Source: the human T2T-CHM13v2.0 reference genome, Homo sapiens. Taken from it: DNA of 64,000 nt. Position numbers and translations under genes: made by a program. The notes beneath the pieces are model-generated. The model was not told the origin of the DNA and ran no database searches. It saw only the letters and a list, made by a program, of their open reading frames with translations. The stretch is from assembly GCF_009914755.1 (NCBI RefSeq), contig NC_060926.1; one strand, written 5' to 3'. The stretch's first letter is position 1. The number at the start of each line of letters is the position of its first letter. Positions 55,035-64,000 of this stretch are shown here, one piece after another.

Positions 55035-55682
55035 AATCCCTACCAAAACACCAATGACATTCTTCACAGAAATAGAACAAACAATTCTAATATTTGTATG
55101 GCACACAACAGACTCCAAATAACCAAAGTAATCTTGAATAAAATGAGCAAAGCTGAAGGCATCAGGCATTACACTACCTGACTTCAAAATATACTACAAA
55201 GCTACGGTAACCAAAACAACCTGGTATTGGCAAAAAAATAGACACATAGACCATGAATAGAGAGTCTAGAAATCCATGCATTTACAGCCAATCAATTTTT
55301 GACAAAGGTACCTCGACACATAGACCATGAATAGAGAGTCTAGAAATCCATGCATTTACAGCCAATCAATTTTTGACAAAGGTACCAAGGACACACACTG
55401 GGGGAAAGACAAGTTTCTTTAATAAATGGTGCTGGGAAAACTGTATATCCACATGGAGAAGAATGAAACTAGACCCTTATCTCTCTCCTTACACAAAATC
55501 AACTAAAAATGGTTTAAAGACTTAAATGTAAGATCATGAACTATAAAAATACTAGAAGAAAACACAGGGATAATACTTCATTGGTCTGGGCAAGGATTTT
55601 TTGGATAGGACCTCTAAAGCCCAGACAACAAAAGCAAAAATAAACAAACAGGATTATACTAAGCTAAAAAGCTTCTGCACTG
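55035..55682 (+). mobile_element. L1 ORF2 segment, inverted 5' part of the same L1MA
   Basis: AATCCCTACCAAAACACCAATGACATTCTTCACAGAAATAG...CCTGACTTCAAAATATACTACAAAGC...AAAAGCTTCTGCAC. Confidence 0.9.
55241..55386. repeat. Perfect 72-bp tandem duplication with a 2-nt spacer
   Basis: 55241-55312 is identical to 55315-55386, separated by TC. Confidence 0.97.
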
Positions 55683-55734
55683 CTGTATATTTTTACTAAA
55701 GTCTTGGCACTGATCTGGAGTGCCCCTTTGAAAT

Positions 55735-56035
55735 CTCTACCCTCCTTCAAATCCTAAACCAAATGCTGCCTCTTCCATGAAGTGCTTAAACAGAGTAATT
55801 ATTAGACCCTTTTCTGAATCCTTTCAAAGTGGTTTACTTAGATTCACATGTAACAGACATTATATAAACTTTTTATTTGTTATATCTGCATACAATTCTG
55901 ATCTTCCAAATAAACTGTAATTTCTGTGAGGACAGAGATCTTCTTGTCTTATGCTCGTATGCATTTCCCAAATGGCTTAGCACAGTGCCTTATATGCATT
56001 GGAGATTCAGTAAGTATTTGTCGACTGTACAGATG
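55735..56035 (+). mobile_element. L2 3' fragment
   Basis: AAACTGTAATTTCTGTGAGGACAGAGA...CTTAGCACAGTGCCT...TCAGTAAGTATTTG. Confidence 0.65.
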
Positions 56036-59000
56036 AGTGGCTTTCTAATGAACTAGTCTGATCCAGGAAATAATTTGTTTACCCTGCATAGGTCTTGATT
56101 TTGCTGCTTTAAATGCCCCCAGCTACTCATGGAGTAAAGAGAAATCCATGAGAAGTGAATTGCTGTGTGGTTTTGAAAGGATATTCTACAATATTCTTAG
56201 AATTGCATAATAATGTTTGTGACCCACATTTTCAGTATATGTTTTACTTCTGTCCTAAAAATATTACATATGTGTGTGTATGTGCGTGTAATTGTTTCTT
56301 AGTACAAAGTAGTGACATTTATATTCCCTATCCTCAATCACACAGTATCCTGTTTCAACCAAGAGTACAGCTCAGTTCTTTTTCTGTCCACGATAGAAGA
56401 GTGGAGTTTTTTTTTATATAAATACAGAGCTACATTCTTATATCATGGTACTCAGTGCTTTTTCCAGCGAGACCATTTTTCTTTCCTAGAACACTGGCCA
56501 TGTGCCACACTGATCCGAGGCCACCATTTTATTTATGAACCAGCTCAAAAGTTACTTCTGCCTAAATGCTTTTCCAGTCTGTTCACATATGTACCCAAAG
56601 TTCCTTCAGTATTTATGTAGGTCATGTACAGTATATTATTTCAATATTCATAAGTTTACTTGGTCATTCAGCAAATATTTACAACATTCAAGCCCTATAT
56701 TAGTGAAGGTGAAGTTACAAAGATGCCTCAGACACATCATGTCTTCAATAAATGTATAGCTTAGAACGAAAGATTAAACACACCTGTGTGCCGAGGTAGT
56801 AGAGATGAGAACCACAAAAAGAGGTATAAATGAAACAATACAGTTACTCAGAGGAAAGAGAACCTAGTGTAAGCTGCATATTATTGGGTTGGGTTGTAAT
56901 TTGAATGGGGCCTTAATGGGCAGGTGGAATTTGAGCATTTGTTAACTTATTGCTGTCTTATAAGTCATTGTAGACTAGAGAACAAATCTGTATGACTAGC
57001 ATAAAGTCTTTGTAATTCCTCCAAAGAAAACCTACTCCACCAAGCATTTTTGAGAAATGAAAATTATACCAACAGTCACATAGCAGAGAAGGAGGTGGGT
57101 TTTACATTGCACATTCAAAGAGATTTCTTCAGTCCCACCAGCCCATCCTCTCTATTTCCCTTATTTCCTGTCTCTCTTACCCTGGAGGCAAGAGGTCCCT
57201 TCTCCTCAAGTGCTCCTTTCTGATGCACCCAGCCTTGCTGGCTCTAGCCTCTCTCCCTGCATCTGTCCTGCTGCTTTCCCATCTCCCCTTCTCACAAAGC
57301 ACTACTGTTCTCCTTTAACTGCTCCTACCCACTACTTAATGCTACATTTGTCAAAGGTCATTATTATAAGAGTAAATATTTTATTGCACTCAACTGTTCT
57401 CAACATCCTCTCTCCTTAGAATTCAGTGAGATTATAAATAACACAATTTCTGGTTATCCTATAATTATTTTATGGGTGCATGTTCTGTCTCTCAATTGCA
57501 TTTTAACTCTCTCAGGGGCCACATCTTCCAATTCTTTGGAAGCCCTCTCTTTCTTTTTTCATAATACCTGGCATGGTGCTACCTGCACAGGAGGCTGTGG
57601 AGAAGGAGAAGCAAAGCTCCTGTCACTGTACAGGGCCACAGTGCTTGGGCACTACTCTGCCAGGTGAATCAGTAGCTGAAAATAAGTGGTGCTTTTGCTA
57701 CTGACATAATAGCTGGACACCAAGTCACCAGGAGTCGTGTTTGCTTCTATTGACTTAGGAGACCCTTAGAAGCTTCTTTTGGTATCTCAGACTACGTAAC
57801 AAAGTTGAGTGAGATGTGATGCTCTGCATCCCCTGGGAATTATCATGAAGGAATGGGAGACTAAGGGAGGTGAGACAAGGACAAATTTATCTCTGTCCCT
57901 AAGATGTCAGCAACTGTTAGCCGTGCTAATATTTATTATGACAATTTGACTCTCCCACGTACAAAAGGAAAGCACTGTGGCAGATTCTATTCATTGACTC
58001 TAGTTGTGCATAATAAAACGTGACGCCCAAATATTTCCCCCATCTTTTTCAGAATTTATTTCCATATGTTTTATTTTACTGACATAATAAATGTGCATAT
58101 GGTCTGTTCCCCTCTTTATGGCCTAATTGCTATAAATAGCCTAGAGCCCTTTCCACTGTACTGAACCATCATGTATTACAAGGTTGTTTATTCTTGTTTT
58201 CTGAAGAAGCACGTGGCATTAAAAATTCTGGAAATGAGAGTTTAGAATTCAATGAAAAGTATACTGTGAATATTCCCTATGCATAACATTGCAACATATT
58301 AAAAAATATATATTTAGCTGTAGTCACATAGGGAAAAGGAAATGTCCACCAGTTTATGTTCATTCCTGGATTAAAACATATACGAATGACAAAGACAAAA
58401 TTAAAACCGTTTAAACTAGATGTATTACCCATGCTCAGAGGGAGCTACAGGAAATTCTCCTTAATGGCTGTTTATTCTTACATTTGTTTGGAATGTGGAT
58501 GTAGGAGGGCCAAGGGCATCTCTAGGTCTTTAGCTTCCAGAAACAAACAAGCAAAGAAGAAAAAATTAAAAAGGAAAAGTGAGCAAGGGGACAGTGTTTG
58601 AGGGAAGGATTATTTAGGAGGATAATTTTTTGAAAAATGAACACAACACGCCCCTTTTAGTTAAAAGTCCCTGACTGTGTCCTGTGTCAGGCACATCTTA
58701 GATGCATCCCAGAATGCAGAACCAAAGGTTTCTTTGTGGTCATCAAGCACCACCAAAAACCAGGGATATGATGTGATTCATGAAGCTAATTATTGGCAAA
58801 GCTGAGTCTGATACTTATGCCTCTAACTGCTAATCCAGTGCTTTGTCAATCCTTGCTCTCCAACATCCATTGTAGCATTTCTGATGGCTGGAAGCCATAT
58901 TTGGAGGATTATTTTTACAATAAAAGTTGTCATTTTTAGAAAGTTTTGTCGAGTAAATTTTGCCCACCTATATCCACTTAAATATTCTCACTCTGTCTGC

Positions 59001-60719
59001 TAAAACTTCATTGTCTGTTTTCTTCCTCTTTTATAGAAGAGCCATTGAGGTATTTATGTTGGAAGCAATGCCAGGATTGAGGTGCCATTGGATAGACTTT
59101 GGCCTGGGGATTTCAGGAATACCCCAGTCCAGCCTTGGACTGGACCCATCAGCTCTCCTCCCTGTAAAGTCTTCAGGAGATAAACAAGAAAATAGAACAG
59201 TGAGCTGCTTTATTATTAGCTTATTAGCTTTGCTTCTTGCCAAAACACTATTGAAAAGTTCTAGTAATTTGGTCCAAAGGCATAAGGAGACCTCACCCTT
59301 TCCAAGCCCTAAATCCAAATCTTACAACTAGTGAACAAAAGAGAGAGGAGGAGAGAGTGGCAGAGCATGAGCAAGGAAGGAGAACTGGGGCAGCAGTGCT
59401 GGAGGGCAGGATGGTGCTGGTTGTTTTACCGCTTAGGGCAGGATGCTGCTGGAAAGCCACCACAGAATGCAGAGAAAGAAGCCAGAGCTGGTTTTCTTGC
59501 ATCTGCTTATGGGGAATTTCAGTTTTGATGGCAGGCAGGCATGAGGAACAACAAGCCCTATATGAGCAGTAACCCTTAACACTACAGTGTTGTTACCTTC
59601 CAGCAAATATGGCCCAGTCTGTGTTGTATTGTATTACTAGACAGTCTAGTGTTTTGCCTATGAACGAGAAGGACAGAGCAATATGTGCCAGAGAAATTGA
59701 GAACAGCCCCCACCTCTATTTTGAAGGTGGCCCTTTTTTCTTCCTTATGTTTTACATACTCTGTCTTAAGTACCCACAGTTATATGATCTTCACATCGTC
59801 TTTCAGCACTCTAGTCATCCTCTTCTGAATGGGCTTCCTTAGTGATTACTCCCCAGAACCCTGTGAGAATCTTCAGACATGGTCTGACTTAGAGGCTTTG
59901 AAAGTTTGTCAAGATCCAAATAAACCATATCTATGGAATTTCCTGACTTATTACTTAGTAATTTTATACAAACAGGAATAAAAATTCATTCACTCATGTA
60001 TTCACTCACATTCATATGACACCTTGCTGGCTCTCCTGGCCTCCTCCCGGGAACTTCACTGTAGCTGGTGATTCCACCATCAACCATCCATTCCCCAGGC
60101 TAATAGCTGGGGATTTATCCTCAATCCATCCCTTTCTATGTTCTCTCCCATCCAGTCAGTTACCAGACTGGCCATGCTGCCTCCCATCTATCTGCTCTTA
60201 TGATTGTTGTAGTAGCAGTCTTTATTATTTCTTGATTGGGTACCACAATAATTTCCTCATTGATTCTCTTCTTCACTGCTGCAAGTCTGGCCATTTCACC
60301 CTCCTACCCTTCTGTCGTTCCCCACTGTGGACAGGACACAGTTCAAGTTCCTTTTGCATATCTCTCCAGGACATCATCTAGCCTTGTGGGTGACCTTTTT
60401 CCTGACCTTTTCATGTTTTTTGCGAACAGCTTTTTTCCTGTCTTGGGCTTTCACATTCAGAACACTGCATGGCTTGTAACTCTCAGGAATTGGTAGTTTT
60501 CCTCCACCTCTGCAACTTCCATGTCTTTGCTTAATGATGTCCCTTGAGTGGGATATCATCCCCCACTTCCATTGTTGTGAGAATTAAATGAGGGAATACA
60601 TGTGGAACACATTGAATAGGAGCTGGCATATCACACATGCTCAGAAACTGTTGGCTGTGAGAATGTAACCCACTGATTAAAGGGGCAGAAGCTGAAGCCA
60701 GACCAGCTGTTTTGGAATG

Positions 60720-60880
60720 CATAATTCACTTACCATCTCTTTGTCTTCATTGCCTCTTCTGTAGAAAGAGATAATAATTGTGCCTATCTCATAGGTTATG
60801 AAGATTAAGTAAAGTAATACATACAAAATACTTAGTCATGTCTAAGAAATAAATTCTCAATCAGTTACTATTATTAATCT
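60720..60880 (+). mobile_element. MIR
   Basis: CTGTAGAAAGAGATAATAATTGTGCCTATCTCATAGG...GATTAAGTAAAGTAATACAT. Confidence 0.65.
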
Positions 60881-60975
60881 TTGAGCTTTAGTTCAGGCAA
60901 CATCACCTCTGCCTATTGCCCTTATTGGCTGAGTTGTTGTTAGGTGCCCTTCTTCAGTGCTTACATAGAACTCAC

Positions 60976-61145
60976 TTCATTCATTCATTCATTCATTCAT
61001 TCACTCAATAAATAAATATTTATAGAAAGCATACCTTCTGGTAAAAATGAAGACACAAATAAGACTACCTTCAAGGAAATCTCAATCTAATGAAGACCAA
61101 CCCATTGATGTCATACAAGCAATATGACAAGTACAGTGATAGGAA
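60976..61145 (-). mobile_element. L2 3' end with (TTCA)n tail repeat
   Basis: (TTCA)7 followed by ATAAATATTTAT. Confidence 0.6.
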
Positions 61146-61513
61146 CAAAAGCCCAGAAACGTAATGACAAGAACAAGTAGTTACAAATGAGCACAAAAGT
61201 CCCCATTACTACTTTGTTTTGCCTGTCTTCTAGTTCAACAATAAGGATTAGAAAAGATCCTTTACTTCTGTTTCACTGTACTTTTCCAAGCAATCCTTTT
61301 AGGTCTGACTTTCCTTTTAGTTTCACCAATGGTCTTCATTTTGGTTTTCCTTTCAAGCTTGTGCTGTGTCCTACTGACAGGTCACAGACTCAAATATGAG
61401 GGTCAATAGATACTGAAAATGAGAGCAGCTAGTGTGGTGGAGACTGGGGCATGGCTGAACTCATGGCATGGCTGTTCGATACTGATTAGAGTGAGAATGT
61501 TTAAGAAGGTCTA

Positions 61514-61811
61514 GGCTGGGCACGGTGGCTCACGCCTATAATCCCAGCACTTTGGGAGGCTGTGGTGGGCGGATCATGAGGTTGGGAGTTGAAGACCAGC
61601 CTGACCAACATGGTGAAACGTCATCTCTACTAAAAATACAAAAATTAACCAGGTGTGGTGGTGCACGCCTATAATCCCAACTACTCAGGAGGCTTGAGGC
61701 AGGAGAATCACTTGAACCCAGGAGCAGAGGTTGCAGTGAACCGAGATTGTGACACTGCACTCCAGCCTGGGAGACAGAGCAAGACTCCGTCTCACCAAAA
61801 AAAAAAAAAAA
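61514..61811 (+). mobile_element. AluS (Sg/Sq-like) SINE
   Basis: Full dimer with A tail; TSD AAGAAGGTCTA (61503-61513) and AAAAAAGTCTA (61812-61822). Confidence 0.95.
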
Positions 61812-62190
61812 AAAAAAGTCTAAATCTCGGTGAAAACTTTCAATGTCCAAATGATAAAGGAAATTTCAGAAGAGTGGACTTCACTCCTTGCTTGCCTGTG
61901 TGATGTTGGATAAAGTGCCTGAATAACGTCTTCCCAAGAACTGTTATAATTCTGTGTTTAATGACGCTTGAAAAGTGGACTCTTTGGTTAGATTAGGGAA
62001 TAATATCAGTGCTGTCAGAAAAGGCATTGCCCATTTGGGTTCCTCCTTTTTTTGATCACATATTGAGAGCCTTAAAAGAAAACTGAAAGTTGATTTGTGT
62101 CAGGTAATGCTAATGGATGCAGTGGTTCTATACTTGACACATTGTAGGCACTCCATAAATAGTTTCGAGTCCTAATGAAAAGCTCTTTAA

Positions 62191-63193
62191 GCTTCTGTAG
62201 AGCAAACAAAACTATCATTAGAGCAAATAGATAACCTACAGAATTGAGAGAAAAATTTTGCTATCTATCCATCTAAGGTCTAATATCCAGAATCTACAAG
62301 GAACTTAAGCAAATTTACAAGAAAAGAAACAACCCCATTAAAAAGTGGGCAAAGGATATGAACAGATACTTCTCAAAAAATGTCATACATGCAGCCAACA
62401 AACATGAAAAAAAGCTCAACATCACTGATCATTAGAGAAATGCAAATGAAAACCACAATGAGATACCGTCTCATGCCAGTCATAATGGTGATTATTAAAA
62501 AGTCAAGAAACAACAGATGCTGTTGAGCTTACAGAGAAATAAGAACACTTTTACACTGTTGGTGGGAATGTAAATTAGTTCTCAACCAGTGTGGCAATTT
62601 CTCAAAGATTTAGAACCAGAAGTACCATTTGACCCAGCAATCTCATTATTGGGTATATACCCAAAAGAATATAAACCATTCTATTATAAAGGTACATGTA
62701 CGTGAATATTCATTGCAGCACTATTCACAATAGCAAAGACATGGAATCAACCCAAATGCCCATCAATGATAGACTGGATAAAGAAAATGTGGTATATATA
62801 CACCATGGAATACTATGCAGCCATAAAAAGGAATGAGATCATGTCCTTTGCAGGGACATGGATGGAGCTGGAAGCCATTATCCTCAGCAAACGAATGCAG
62901 GAACAGAAAATCAAACACCACGTGTTTTCACTTATAAGTGGGAGCTGATCAATGAGAACACTTGGACACAGGGAGGGGAACAACACTCACTGGGGCCTGT
63001 CAGGGAAGGGCAAGGGAGGAGAACATTAGGGAAAAGAGCTAACGCATACTGGGCTGAACACCTAGGTGATAGGTCGTTAGGTGCAGCAAACCACCATGGC
63101 GCACATTTACCTATGTAACAAACATGCACATCCTGCACATGTACCCCGAAACTTAAAGAACAAAAATAGAAATTAAAATTTTTTAAAAAGAGG
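62191..63193 (+). mobile_element. L1PA (about PA8-10) 3' end, 1 kb
   Basis: ORF2 C-terminus MIDWIKKMWYIYTMEYYAAIK and 3' UTR; TSD AAAG(C/T)TCTTTAA at 62179-62190 and 63194-63205. Confidence 0.95.
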
Positions 63194-63420
63194 AAAGTTC
63201 TTTAAATTGCTTTGCCAAGGCAATAATAATTAATACTCATAATGCAAACTGAGGAACTGACTCACTCTTCTGAATCATCGAAAAGATTTAATTATATTTT
63301 ATTATTTGTATGATATTGTATTTTTTGGAAACTAGAAATAATTGTTCAGTAATTTTTCTGTCTATTGCATCTAATATTTGATCCATGAAAGCATGCTTTT
63401 CCCCATCCTGTATCATAAAA

Positions 63421-63463
63421 ATCATCATGATTGTAATCATCGTCTTCATCATCATCATCATCA
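63421..63463. repeat. Imperfect (ATC)n trinucleotide repeat
   Basis: Directly visible. Confidence 0.8.
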
Positions 63464-63687
63464 TAGCTTTTATGACATAGAATTTCACAATTTCAAAGAT
63501 CTGTTTTGTATTATCTAATTTGATTTTTCATATTCCCCTTCTGAAGTAAACTGGAGGGATACATTCTCTAAGAGTTCATTTTCTTTCTTGTAAAATGGGC
63601 ATATTCAAACTTATGTGGATGTTAGAGTAAACTGCATGTGGCCCCTGCCAACCCTTTGATGGTCAGGTCATTTTTTACAATGCCCGT

Positions 63688-64000
63688 TATATTAGTTTGC
63701 TGTGGCTGCTGTAACAATTTACCACAAACCAGGTGGCTTAAAATAACAGGAATTTATTCTCTCACAGTTTGGGAGCCCAGAAGTCTGAAGTTTAGAGTGT
63801 TGGCAGGGCTGTGCTCCCTCCAGAGGCTCCAAGGGAGATTGCATTCTTTGTTTCTTCCAGTTTCTGGTGGCTGTCAGCCTTCCTTGGCTTGTGTCTCACT
63901 CCAGCCTCCTCCTCCATGGTCACATTGCCTCCTCCTCTTGTCTGCGTGTCTCTCCTTGTGTGTTATAACAACACTTGCTTTTAGATTTATAGCCTACTCA
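63688..64000 (-). mobile_element. MLT1 (B/C-like) LTR, runs off the window end
   Basis: TATTAGTTTGCTGTGGCTGCTGTAACAATTTACCACAAACCAGGTGGCTTAAAATAACAGGAATTTATTCTCTCACAG. Confidence 0.88.

Noticed and set aside
55241-55386. Direct repeat as a CRISPR-like array
   Set aside because: Only two copies, 2-nt spacer, L1-derived sequence in a mammalian context
63288-63488. Poly-methionine ORF
   Set aside because: Reverse reading of an (ATC)n repeat

Overview
AT-rich, CpG-depleted primate (human-like) non-coding DNA, intronic or intergenic. No cellular protein-coding gene, RNA gene or CpG island is recognisable. The ORF track is explained by retroelement remnants (mainly a broken L1 ORF2 at about 20.1-22.7 kb, minus strand), Alu-derived ORFs and chance ORFs. 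A large part of the window is transposon-derived: six Alus, seven recognisable L1 3' fragments (two with twin-priming 5' inversions), MaLR/ERVL LTRs (MLT1, MLT2), the end of an LTR22-like LTR at the left edge, Tigger/Charlie MITEs, and many L2/MIR fragments and microsatellites. I see no supportable novel biological system. The best second-look items are a perfect 72-bp tandem duplication inside an old L1, a compound microsatellite that grew inside one copy of an AluY target-site duplication (TSD), two candidate exons, local palindromes, and repeat-free islands that may be enhancers. Subfamily names come from recalled consensus sequences and need RepeatMasker/Dfam confirmation. Boundaries of old repeats are approximate.
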